Shown: positions 1 to 8,816 of the stretch, piece by piece
Numbering within the stretch: position 1 is the stretch's first letter
How the letters are laid out: each line of letters starts with the position of its first letter
Origin: a virus
Direction: 5' to 3' (one strand)
IMG/VR virus record: IMGVR_UViG_3300021406_000010
Span: 1 to 64,000 of that record
DNA length: 64,000 nucleotides
The notes under the pieces: model-generated
What the model was told of the DNA's origin: nothing
Databases searched by the model: none
Seen by the model: the letters and a program-made list of their open reading frames with translations, nothing else
Position numbers and translations under genes: made by a program

Positions 1-3000
1 CGGTAGCACTCGTGTCCGGTAGGGTGCTCGCCGGTCCCGCCACAGCAGCTGCACCCGCCGCAGTGCGCGTCGGCTGAGCCATCCAGGCCGCAGGCCAGGC
101 ATGACCCGTCCGTGGCTTCAGCGAAATCATGGGGGGCGTCCTGGGCGTCGCCCATCGTGCCGTCAATCCCGGCCTGCTGCCGCAACGCCTCGCCGGCCTC
201 CTGCGGGTCCTCCCCGGTGGTCGAGGGCAGCGCGGCCTCCGGCTCCTCGTGCAGCTCCGCGAGCGCCCCGCCCAGCTCGGGAATGCGCGGGTCCGACGGC
301 ACCGGCGTCCCGGAGCAGGTGACCGGCCAGGTGAGCGACTCCTCCATCCGGATGCCCTGCGGGTCGCGAGGGGTGATGGACGTCGAGGGGCCTCCGGCGA
401 GCACCTGGCCGCCATAGGGGAACGGCTCCTGCCACTCCTGGCCGCTCATGTCGTCGAGGGCGGCGACGTTGGACAGCGGCATCTGGAACACGCTGTCGTC
501 GATCTGGCCCCAGTTGTCCGGGTCGGGGGCGGCCAGCGGGCCGTAGGAGCCGGGGTCGGTGTCCTTGTCGGGCGGCGAGGTGGCCCCGTACGGCTTCTGC
601 GGCGGGTGCCTGCTGACGTTCTCGCTTCCCCACGGGGCGTTCGCCTGGTCAGCGGTAACCCTGCGGCCGTAGGCGTGCATGCCCTCCTCGTCGAAGGCCT
701 GCGCGCGGGACCATGCTCCCGGGCGGGGGGAGGCCGGCTGCCAGTGCGGGGAGCTGGCGTCGGGCGGCGGCGGGTTCGACTTGTCCAGCCCGTGGTTGAC
801 GTCCATGTCCCACCGGACGTCATGCGGGTTGAAGTACCGGTTCCACCCGGCGGAGGGGTGGACATTGTGGATGTTCAGGTGCGGGGCCGCGTCCTTGCCG
901 GCGAATCCCGCCCACCACCGGGCGCCCTGCCGGGTGCGCACCCCGTGGTTGACCCAGGCGTCATTGGATGCCGCGTGCCTGGTCAGCTCTCCCATCATCC
1001 TGGTGGCGACCCCCTGGCCGCGCGCCGCCCTGGCGGTGTGCAGCATGGAGACCCTGATGGCCCGCGCGTCGTCGGACTGCTGGAAGTGCAGGCTGCCCAG
1101 GGCGCGGCCGTCCTCGCCGGTGGCGATCACCGCGTGGGTCGGGGTGCTCATGGCGGGATTCGCGCGGGCGAGCCTGGCGCGCTCCTCGTGGGCGAGCTCG
1201 CTGACGCGCACGCTGTAGTCCCCGACTGGCCGCCGGGACCAGAGCCAGGCGGTGACCTGGCCGTCGCCGGGGAAATGGCAGTCCCCGGGGTGGCTGAAGG
1301 CGCATAGCCCGCCCTCGCCGTCGTCCCCCTCGTCGTCCTGGCCCGGGATGCCGGACGTCTTGCTGATGCTGGCGGACGGGGCCAGCCACTCCTGGCGCCA
1401 CCGGCCCGCGTGGGGCTCGCCCTCGTACGGCGGCCAGGATTTCACTACCACCTGGTGCGGAGCCTCAGTCGGCCCGGGGGTGACCTGCTGGCCGAACATG
1501 CCCCGCGACTGGGCCTCCAGCCGCACCGCGCACACGTGGGAGCACATCCGGCCCGCGTACCTCGTGCTTCCCTTCCGCTCGTTCTGGTGGTAGCTGGCCC
1601 ACGGGCAGCCGCAAATCCAGGCCATCACGTTGCGGTGGCCTGGGTAGGACTGGAAGCCGGACTCGTAGGTGGCGTGGTCGCCGCGCACCTCGCCGATCAC
1701 CGTGCCCGATGCCACGTGGGTGATCCGCACCGCGCCCTCGGCGCGCAGCCGCTTGGCCTTGTCCATCACGTCCCGCCAGGTGGCGGTCAGGTGGAACCGC
1801 ACCTCGGGATGGGCGGCGGCCACCTTGCGGCTGCGCCTGCCGTCCTGCGATCCCTGTGTGAAGGCCGGGCCGCCCTCGGTGACGGGGGCCTGCGCCATCG
1901 GCCAGGCGCGCGGCTCGCCCGCCTCGAGTGAGTCGCCCTCGTCGTCGTGCTCGTGCTGCCCTAGCCCGGCCACCGCGTTGTCGACCTGGTCCCGGAAGCC
2001 GCTGACCTCCTCCGGCGGGGCGTCCGGCCCCGGCACCCGGCCGGTGCCGTCCTTGGAGGAGGCGCGCAGCTGCTGGCCGTGCATCTCGTCCCACGGCCCC
2101 TCCTGCGACGGCACTTCCGCCACGTACGCGGGAACCTCCGGGGCGGCCTTCCCGGCGGCGGCGGCCAGCAGCCTCGCGATGGCCCGGTGGTGGCCGTCCC
2201 CGATCACCTTGCGGCCGTCGGGCAGCGCGACGACCAGCGCCGGCTTGCCGTTGCCCTCCTCCATGAACGCGGTGACGCGGCGGGGCTGGGAGCTGGCCGT
2301 CCAGTGCGCGCGGTCGCCCCAGTCGATCTCGTGCAGCGGCACCATCTGCGGGCCGGTGACGGCGGCGGCGCGGATCCACTCCAGCGCGGCGGGCGGGTAG
2401 TCGTCGGCCAGCTGGGCGACCAGCGCCTCCCGGGCGCCGCGCGAGGACAGGGTGTGGTGCACCCAGCGGTGCCTGCCCTGCTGGTGGTCCAGCAGCCCGG
2501 CGACGTCGGTCCACTCGCCGTTGGCGTATTCCTCCCGGGTGTCCTCCGGCTTCCCGGTCCGGTCCGGCCGGGTGGACAGCAGGTCGGCGGCCGGCATCTC
2601 GGGCCACCGCTCCTCCGGGTCCTCGGCCGCCTGCGCCTGGAACCCGGGCGGATCGCGGTCCTCGTCGGTGAAGCCCGGGGACGGCACGAAGTCCCCCCAG
2701 GTCATGGTTGGCACGTCGTGCCAGGAGTGCAGGGTACCGCGCTCGGCGGGCGTCCACGGCACGCGGGCGGTGAACGGGCCGATCGGCAGGCCGGGACCGC
2801 TGCCGGACGAGATGCCCTCCGGGTACATGCCGACGGTGGCCCCGTTGGCGTCCTCCTTGTCCTCCCCGTGCACCGGCTGGCTCCACCTGGGGTCGCCCTC
2901 CCCCTCGGTGGACCTCTCGTCGTAGGAGTCCGGCCCGGCCGCGCGGGGCACGGTGCCGTGCTGCGGGGCGTCGCCGTGGCCGTCCACGTGGGTGCCGTTG

Positions 3001-3593
3001 ATGTCGGTGGCATGGTGCCGCATTCCCATGAGGGCGGCGGCCTCCTCGATCTGCGCGAGCCGGGCCATCGCCGGCGGCATCTCCCACGGCGGCGGCGGGG
3101 CCTCCTCCTGCGGGCCGATGTTCTCGTGCACCCACTCCTGCTGGCCCGGCTCGGCCCAGTACACTCCGGCATCGCCCTCGCCGCCGTTATAGTTCTCGTC
3201 GCGGAGGTCCTCCGGCCGTCCCCAGGTGCTGTCGGCGGTCCTGCGGGACCCGATCACGGTGATGATCCCTCCCGGGTCGGGCCGGTCATGCAGGATGGTG
3301 CCCATCTCCGGGTACCAGTAAGAGGCCATTCGCGTGTCCAGCGAGTCATCTACCTCGTCCAGCGCGGCCGTCACCCCGGAGGGCAGCAGGCCCGGCGGGA
3401 CGCCCGCGTAGGGGGAGCGCACGGCGTCGGGCAGCGGGCGCAGCTGGCTGGCGGTGTAGGCGCCCTGGCCCATGCCGCCGTCGAGGACCACCTGGTACTC
3501 CTCGACGCCCGGCGCGAATGATCCCGACACGAACAGGACGCGGCCGGGGATGTTGTCGATCGTCATCACCCGCTGTCCGACCCTGAAGTCCAT
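1..3593 (-). CDS. Large multi-domain virion-associated protein (ParB-like + SWIM zinc finger + GNAT), runs off the window edge
   Basis: Translated by hand from ATG 3593 (SD GGAGG): MDFRVGQRVMTID...; VIGDGHHRA (ParB-like), CGCPW...CSH (SWIM), ARGQGVATRMM (GNAT motif A); no stop seen before position 1; absent from ORF track. Confidence 0.8.
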   Translation of the reverse strand, partial: MDFRVGQRVMTIDNIPGRVLFVSGSFAPGVEEYQVVLDGGMGQGAYTASQLRPLPDAVRSPYAGVPPGLLPSGVTAALDEVDDSLDTRMASYWYPEMGTILHDRPDPGGIITVIGSRRTADSTWGRPEDLRDENYNGGEGDAGVYWAEPGQQEWVHENIGPQEEAPPPPWEMPPAMARLAQIEEAAALMGMRHHATDINGTHVDGHGDAPQHGTVPRAAGPDSYDERSTEGEGDPRWSQPVHGEDKEDANGATVGMYPEGISSGSGPGLPIGPFTARVPWTPAERGTLHSWHDVPTMTWGDFVPSPGFTDEDRDPPGFQAQAAEDPEERWPEMPAADLLSTRPDRTGKPEDTREEYANGEWTDVAGLLDHQQGRHRWVHHTLSSRGAREALVAQLADDYPPAALEWIRAAAVTGPQMVPLHEIDWGDRAHWTASSQPRRVTAFMEEGNGKPALVVALPDGRKVIGDGHHRAIARLLAAAAGKAAPEVPAYVAEVPSQEGPWDEMHGQQLRASSKDGTGRVPGPDAPPEEVSGFRDQVDNAVAGLGQHEHDDEGDSLEAGEPRAWPMAQAPVTEGGPAFTQGSQDGRRSRKVAAAHPEVRFHLTATWRDVMDKAKRLRAEGAVRITHVASGTVIGEVRGDHATYESGFQSYPGHRNVMAWICGCPWASYHQNERKGSTRYAGRMCSHVCAVRLEAQSRGMFGQQVTPGPTEAPHQVVVKSWPPYEGEPHAGRWRQEWLAPSASISKTSGIPGQDDEGDDGEGGLCAFSHPGDCHFPGDGQVTAWLWSRRPVGDYSVRVSELAHEERARLARANPAMSTPTHAVIATGEDGRALGSLHFQQSDDARAIRVSMLHTARAARGQGVATRMMGELTRHAASNDAWVNHGVRTRQGARWWAGFAGKDAAPHLNIHNVHPSAGWNRYFNPHDVRWDMDVNHGLDKSNPPPPDASSPHWQPASPRPGAWSRAQAFDEEGMHAYGRRVTADQANAPWGSENVSRHPPQKPYGATSPPDKDTDPGSYGPLAAPDPDNWGQIDDSVFQMPLSNVAALDDMSGQEWQEPFPYGGQVLAGGPSTSITPRDPQGIRMEESLTWPVTCSGTPVPSDPRIPELGGALAELHEEPEAALPSTTGEDPQEAGEALRQQAGIDGTMGDAQDAPHDFAEATDGSCLACGLDGSADAHCGGCSCCGGTGEHPTGHECY

Positions 3594-3607
3594 GCCGCCT
3601 CCTCTCC

Positions 3608-3615
3608 CCTTCCGC
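3608..3615 (-). promoter_or_regulatory. CGGAAGG-N5-GGAGG start-associated motif
   Basis: gcggaaggggagaggagg upstream of ATG 3593. Confidence 0.45.
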
Positions 3616-3631
3616 GCAGGGCTGGCGGATA

Positions 3632-3651
3632 GCAGCTTTCCTTGCTATCGT
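3632..3651 (+). promoter_or_regulatory. RCAR-N6-YTGY operator-like site with -10 TATCGT; leaderless start
   Basis: gcagctttccttgc-tatcgt, ATG 3658 follows 6 nt after the -10. Confidence 0.7.
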
Positions 3652-3657
3652 GCAAGC

Positions 3658-4056
3658 ATGACAAGCATGGCTGGGACTTTCCCGGTGACTAGCCTCATCA
3701 CGATCGCCGCCATCTTCCTGCTGGCCGTCGCCGGGGCCATGGCGGGCCTGGTGATGGCGGGCAGCCGGTCCGTAACCAAGTGGCCGCCGAAGCCCCCGGC
3801 GCGGCCGGAGGACCGGCTGCCCGCCATCCGGGGGCCACAGGAGCTGCAGGCACTGCCCGCGCCCCGCCCGGTCCTCGCGCTGCCGGCCGCCCCGGCCGGG
3901 TGCTCGCTAGCATCCTGCGGCGGCCCCCGCCAGGAGTGGCTGCTGACCGTGATGGTCGGCGGCGTCGCCCGGCGGGACCTCGGCTTCTGCTCGTGGGAGT
4001 GCATGGAGAAGTGGAAGCGGGCCGACATGGCCAGCCGCGCGCTGGCCGCCAGGTAA
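3658..4056 (+). CDS. Hypothetical membrane protein with C-terminal Cys motif (FCSWEC)
   Basis: N-terminal hydrophobic helix; leaderless ATG after promoter motif. Confidence 0.65.
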   Translation: MTSMAGTFPVTSLITIAAIFLLAVAGAMAGLVMAGSRSVTKWPPKPPARPEDRLPAIRGPQELQALPAPRPVLALPAAPAGCSLASCGGPRQEWLLTVMVGGVARRDLGFCSWECMEKWKRADMASRALAAR

Positions 4057-4067
4057 GGGGAAAGGCA

Positions 4068-4355
4068 GTGCCAGCGATCGACATGCCAGTCAGCCCTGAC
4101 GGCAGCCGCCTGCTCATCGGTGGCAACGACAACCACGGCAAGCCGCGCCAGGAGTTCGCCGACCAGCTCGCCGCAGCGGACGAGGGCCAGTACCTCGAGC
4201 TGGCCGAGCGCTATGTCTGGCTGTCCGCGTACGCGGCCAATAACCGGCGAAGCGACTACCACTGGAAGTGCGACGCGGCTTACGCGGAGGCGAAGAGGCG
4301 CGGCAAGCCAGGCCTGTACGACAGGGCGCACCGCCATGCGTCCGGTTCCGAGTGA
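4068..4355 (+). CDS. Hypothetical protein
   Basis: GTG start with purine-rich SD; YVWLSAYAANN..SDYHWKCDA core. Confidence 0.6.
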   Translation: MPAIDMPVSPDGSRLLIGGNDNHGKPRQEFADQLAAADEGQYLELAERYVWLSAYAANNRRSDYHWKCDAAYAEAKRRGKPGLYDRAHRHASGSE

Positions 4356-4600
4356 CAGTGCTCAGCTGCGAGTTCCACGGCCCGCTCCGGCACCGCCCGG
4401 AGCGGGCCGCGTGGGTGTGCCCCGGGTGGGACGGCGAGGGCTGCAGGAACGGACTCCTCGGCACCGATGGCATCTCTGAGGAGGCATACGCCAGGGTGGA
4501 CGCGGGCCTGACGTACTGGCCAGGGGCTGACGTGGACGGGGTGCCCTGGCGCGAGGCGCGCGAGAGGCTCAGGGCTACCCGGTCGCCCCGGGGAACGTAG
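4352..4600 (+). CDS. Hypothetical Cys/His-containing protein
   Basis: GTGA overlap with upstream stop. Confidence 0.5.
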   Translation: MTVLSCEFHGPLRHRPERAAWVCPGWDGEGCRNGLLGTDGISEEAYARVDAGLTYWPGADVDGVPWREARERLRATRSPRGT

Positions 4601-7343
4601 CCGCCTGGCCCCGCCGCCACGCCTCGTAGGCCTGGTCGGCCGCCTGCTGGGCGCGGTAGGCGGCACCGTACAGGAACCCGGCCGTCCCGTCGGTGCCGCC
4701 CGCCTGGCGCATCATGCGGTACTCGGCCCAGGCCTTGCCCGCTGCCTCCGAGGCTGCCGTGAAGGCCGTCCACAGGCTGGCCGCGCTCACCACCGTCATG
4801 CCGGACGCCACGGCGGCGAGGCTCCCCGGGGCGGCCATCGACGCGGCGCCCCGGACGGTGGCCAGCGGCGCGGCGCCGATGGCGCCTAGGCCTGACAGCA
4901 CTGGCCTCGCGCTGAGCGCGGATGAGGACGCCAGCGCGCCGGATCCGGACATGGCGGCGGCTTCCGGCAGCCGGGGCGCGGCGCCCATCGTCCCGGCTCC
5001 CGACAGGACGGCGGTCCCCGCTGGCGGCGCGGCGGACAGCGTCCCGGAACCGGACAGGGACGCCGCGATGCCCTCGGCCGGCGCGGAGGACAGGGACCCT
5101 GCCCCGGAAAGCGCGGCGGCGGCCATGGAGCCCTGGAGGGCGCTGAGCGTCCCGGACCCCGACAGGACGGCCGGGAGGGCCTCGCTGCCGGCGAGGGACC
5201 CGGACCCGGACAGGGGGACGGCGAGGCCCTCGGCGACGGCGAGGGACCCGGATCCCGCCATCGCGCTGCCGCCGGGCAGCACCGGGGCGGCACCGAGCGT
5301 CCCGGACCCCGACAGGGACGCGGTCCCCGGGAGCTGCGGGAGCGCCGTCACGGACCCTGAACCCGACATGGAGGGAGCGGCCTGCTGGCCAGGGGCGGCG
5401 CCGAGCGCCCCGGAGCCGTCCAGGGCGGCTGCCCCGCTGAGCTGGGAGGACGCCGCCAGTGCCCCGGAGCCGGACATCGCGGCCGATGGCGCCTGCTGCG
5501 GGGACGCGCTGAGGGACCCGTTCCCGTCCAGGGGGGCGGCGGCCCCCAGGGCGGGGGAGGCCGCCAGGGATCCGGCCCCGTCCAGGGGGGCGGCAGCTGC
5601 CTGGACGGGGGCCATCCCGGGGTCCAGCCGCAGCGACGCCAGGTCAAGCATGCTCTCCAGCAGCGGGTGCGGCACCTGCTGCGGCAGCATGGTCGTCGCC
5701 TGCGCGTAGCTGGAGGGGATGATCGCGCTCAGCGCCGCCTGGACCCAGTCGGGCTGCCACGCATGCGACTCGGACGTGTTGGCGAAGGTGTACGTGTGCG
5801 GGATCCCGGCGCTGGTAAGCGCCGAGTCGTAAGCCGGGACGTCGGCCCCGAAGGCGGGGCCGAGGCCGATCCAGATCCTGTTGACGCCGTACTGCCCGGT
5901 CGCCGCCCGGACGGGCAGCTGCGGCGGCAGCTCCCAGGTCGACGTGAAGTTGCCGCTCGTGCCGTAGAACAGCGCCGGCGAGCCGCCGACGGCACCCCCG
6001 TTCGTGGGGTCCGTGCCGTCGTAATCGGTCATCATCGCGGGAAAATCCCAGGATGCCGCCGCCGCGAAGGCGTCCTGATGCCGGAACAGCAGTCCCTGGG
6101 CGCCCAGCCCGGAGCGGCTGAACCCGATCAGGTAGACCTTCTCGCTGCCGGTGACGGCGAGGTTCGCCTGGATCCACGCCACCACCAGCATCGTGTACCG
6201 CTCATAGCTGATCGTGGGATCCAGCGGGTTGTCCGCGTACCACGGGCCGTTGAAGCTAACGCCGGGGTACCCCGGCTGGATGCAGGTCAGGTTGAAGGCG
6301 TTGTGCGCCCCCAGTCCCTGGGCCACGCCGATGCTGTCGCCGAATGTCGTGTCCTGGTTCGCGTCGACCGGCAGCATGACGAGGAAGGCGTGCGGGTAGC
6401 TCGCTGACGGCGCGGCCGGGGCCAGCACCCGCATGGTCGTCGAGCCGCCGGCCCACGGGCTCGTCACGTTCCACGTGTCGATGCCGCCGGACGACGACCC
6501 GTACGAAACGGTCAGGTCCGCGACGCCCTGGGCCTGCCAGTCGGCCCGCTGCCACGCCTCCTCGAGCAGCATGGCGGTGAAGTGGGGGTGCGGCGGGATC
6601 AGCGGCGGCGCCACCGGGGCGGACACAACGGCAGGGCCGCCCGCCGCGACGGTGGCAAGCTCTATCGTCCACTCGGTCCACCAGTTGTCGGTGGCGTTGG
6701 ACGTGGTGAACGACCCGCCGCCGATGGCCGCCCCTACAGCGCCCGCGCTGCCCGCCGAGTCGGCGCTGGCGTTGCAGACGCCCGAGTTGCCGTTGGACAG
6801 CTGCCGCTGCGTCATCCCGGAGGGGACCCCGGTGATGCTGCCGCCCGAGTCCGGGGTGATCGGACCGAGCTGGACGACCCACGACCCGGCCCGCAGCGCC
6901 GTCCCTGACGGGGTGGTGCCGACGGCGGTCTCCGCGCCGAACGCCGGGGTGATGGACTGCGCGATCGGGTCGGCGACCCAGAAGCCGCTGTAGGAGTCAT
7001 GGGTGGCGGTCCACCAGAAGCCATCGGTGGAGCCGATGCCGCCGGTCCAGGAGATGGTGAACGTGCTGTTCGGGTCAGACGCGGTGGCGACCCGCCACCA
7101 GGCCGTGGCGAAGGTCCCGGCGGTGCCGTTCTCGGCGGCCACCAGGGGGCCTATCGGCGTCCACGCGCCGCCGCCCGATGTCGGCGTGCTCGTGGCCGGC
7201 CCGGACAACGGGAACGAGAACGTGTTGATCCCGACGATCATCACGTCGCCGACGGCCACGCCCGCCGGGATGGTGAACGTGAACGGGGTGGTGTGGGCGC
7301 TCTCCCCGAGGGTCGCCGTGGTGCCCGTGTTGTGCGTCGCCAT
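4575..7343 (-). CDS. Putative virion structural/fibre protein with alpha/beta-hydrolase (esterase) domain and SGSG repeats
   Basis: 922 aa; beta-rich T/G N-terminus, IGFSRSGLGA nucleophile elbow, SHAW His motif, many L/M-S-G-S-G-x-L repeats. Confidence 0.7.
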   Translation of the reverse strand: MATHNTGTTATLGESAHTTPFTFTIPAGVAVGDVMIVGINTFSFPLSGPATSTPTSGGGAWTPIGPLVAAENGTAGTFATAWWRVATASDPNSTFTISWTGGIGSTDGFWWTATHDSYSGFWVADPIAQSITPAFGAETAVGTTPSGTALRAGSWVVQLGPITPDSGGSITGVPSGMTQRQLSNGNSGVCNASADSAGSAGAVGAAIGGGSFTTSNATDNWWTEWTIELATVAAGGPAVVSAPVAPPLIPPHPHFTAMLLEEAWQRADWQAQGVADLTVSYGSSSGGIDTWNVTSPWAGGSTTMRVLAPAAPSASYPHAFLVMLPVDANQDTTFGDSIGVAQGLGAHNAFNLTCIQPGYPGVSFNGPWYADNPLDPTISYERYTMLVVAWIQANLAVTGSEKVYLIGFSRSGLGAQGLLFRHQDAFAAAASWDFPAMMTDYDGTDPTNGGAVGGSPALFYGTSGNFTSTWELPPQLPVRAATGQYGVNRIWIGLGPAFGADVPAYDSALTSAGIPHTYTFANTSESHAWQPDWVQAALSAIIPSSYAQATTMLPQQVPHPLLESMLDLASLRLDPGMAPVQAAAAPLDGAGSLAASPALGAAAPLDGNGSLSASPQQAPSAAMSGSGALAASSQLSGAAALDGSGALGAAPGQQAAPSMSGSGSVTALPQLPGTASLSGSGTLGAAPVLPGGSAMAGSGSLAVAEGLAVPLSGSGSLAGSEALPAVLSGSGTLSALQGSMAAAALSGAGSLSSAPAEGIAASLSGSGTLSAAPPAGTAVLSGAGTMGAAPRLPEAAAMSGSGALASSSALSARPVLSGLGAIGAAPLATVRGAASMAAPGSLAAVASGMTVVSAASLWTAFTAASEAAGKAWAEYRMMRQAGGTDGTAGFLYGAAYRAQQAADQAYEAWRRGQAATFPGATG

Positions 7344-7366
7344 GGGCGCCCCCTCCTGCTAGGAGG

Positions 7367-7915
7367 TCAGCTGGCTGCCCACGCCATCAGGTTGTACGTG
7401 GTGATGCTGTTGCTCGCCGAGCTGGTGCCCCACGCGGCGCCGACGCCGATGGCGCGGTTGGCGGTGGTGTCCACGGTCACCGTCCGCAGCGCCTGCGTGG
7501 CCGGCATCGGGATGGGGGCGGCCATCGCGGTCAGGGACGTCCCCAGGTGCAGGACGCCCTGGCCCTTGAAGGAGCCGGAAGCGCCGATCGAGCGCAGCCG
7601 GCCCCGCCACCAGGCCTCCCACGGCCACGCCGCCGCGCCCGATCCGGTCGTGGTGGCGGTCGTCTGCGCCAGGATGCTGGTCGGGGCCGCTCCCGCCGAG
7701 CCGTTGAACCAGAAGCCGAGCGCCAGGGTCGGCGTGCCGGTCGTGGAGAACTCGCCGTGTGCGTACAGGTACAGCTCCAGCCCGACGTCCATCATCTGCT
7801 GCGGGAGGACCAGCTGCGGGGTTGGCGAGATGTCCTGGAATGTCGTGAATGTCGTGAATGCGCTGCCGTCCGCGACGTTCAGCGGGGTCAGCGGGCCGAC
7901 GATGGGCAGTCTCAC
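7367..7915 (-). CDS. Putative virion structural protein
   Basis: 182 aa, T/A/G-rich, in operon after portal. Confidence 0.6.
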   Translation of the reverse strand: MRLPIVGPLTPLNVADGSAFTTFTTFQDISPTPQLVLPQQMMDVGLELYLYAHGEFSTTGTPTLALGFWFNGSAGAAPTSILAQTTATTTGSGAAAWPWEAWWRGRLRSIGASGSFKGQGVLHLGTSLTAMAAPIPMPATQALRTVTVDTTANRAIGVGAAWGTSSASNSITTYNLMAWAAS

Positions 7916-7928
7916 GTGCTGGCTCCCC

Positions 7929-8387
7929 TCACCAGGCCGAGGCGTCGGCGGTGACCGAGGACGCGGCGAAGCTGACCGTGTTCCCGTTGGACAGGGTGAA
8001 GCTGGTGACCGCCCCCTGCAGGTACCGCAGCGGGGTCGCGGCCGAGTCCCAGACCTCGATCGCGGTGACGGCGGACCAGGCGGCGCCGGCCGTCCAGGAG
8101 ACGGCGTTGGAATTGGTGATCACCCCGCCGGACGGGGTGCCGAAGGCGGGGGACCCGAGCGTTGACCCGCCGGCGGTGTACCCGGTGGCCGACAGCTCGG
8201 TCCCGTTGGCGGTGTCCGACCCGGCGGTGGTCATCAGCCGCATCTTGAACGGCGGCGTGACAGTGAAGGCCGACCCGCCGCCGGCCCCCGGGGTGTAGGT
8301 GGTGGTGGCCGTCAGGCAGTAGAGCGCCTGCATCAGCTTGTTGACCAGGTTGCAGCCGCCCGTGTTGCGGTCCGTCATGCTAGGCAC
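7929..8387 (-). CDS. Putative virion structural (fibre-associated) protein
   Basis: GTELSATGY...NSNAVSW...VWDSA pattern typical of small phage structural proteins. Confidence 0.6.
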   Translation of the reverse strand: MPSMTDRNTGGCNLVNKLMQALYCLTATTTYTPGAGGGSAFTVTPPFKMRLMTTAGSDTANGTELSATGYTAGGSTLGSPAFGTPSGGVITNSNAVSWTAGAAWSAVTAIEVWDSAATPLRYLQGAVTSFTLSNGNTVSFAASSVTADASAW

Positions 8388-8766
8388 GGGCCGCCTCCCC
8401 GGCGAGCACGCCCAGGTCCAGGACGGTCACGGTGAGGGGGCGGCACGCCGTGCAGCCGTCGACTCCCTTGCCGCAGTGGCCTCCCGGGCACGGCTCGCCC
8501 GGCGGCGTGACCGCCTGGCACGCGGCCGGGTTGACGTCGGGGCACGGCGCCCCCCTGTGGTTCAGCCCGGCGCCGGGGCAGCTGTTGGCGGCCTGCCCGT
8601 GGTGGTGCGGCAGCGCGCAGCACCCCGCTCCGGGGGTGCACTGCAGCGCGGCGTCCAGGTCGGCCACGCGGCAGCCGTCCGCGTGGCCCGCCTCCGGGCT
8701 GCACCCGGCCGTGCACGAGACCGTGGTGCTGGCCCGGCAGCCGTTGCATGTCAGGATCAGCCGCAT
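8380..8766 (-). CDS. Cys/His-rich hypothetical protein
   Basis: 128 aa, many Cys; SD-like GGGAG upstream. Confidence 0.55.
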   Translation of the reverse strand: MRLILTCNGCRASTTVSCTAGCSPEAGHADGCRVADLDAALQCTPGAGCCALPHHHGQAANSCPGAGLNHRGAPCPDVNPAACQAVTPPGEPCPGGHCGKGVDGCTACRPLTVTVLDLGVLAGEAARA

Positions 8767-8816
8767 CGGCGACTCCCGTCGTCAGGGGGACTGCGTCACC
8801 CCTTCCGGGCCGCTGG

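Noticed and set aside
1465-3135. 556-aa minus-strand ORF in the track
   Set aside because: Wrong frame; R/G-rich. The motif-bearing frame starts at 3593
4800-5600. gggacccgg-type repeats
   Set aside because: Explained by SGSG protein repeats
7839-7860. 9-bp tandem duplication aatgtcgtg
   Set aside because: Trivial in-frame micro-duplication (FTTFTTF)
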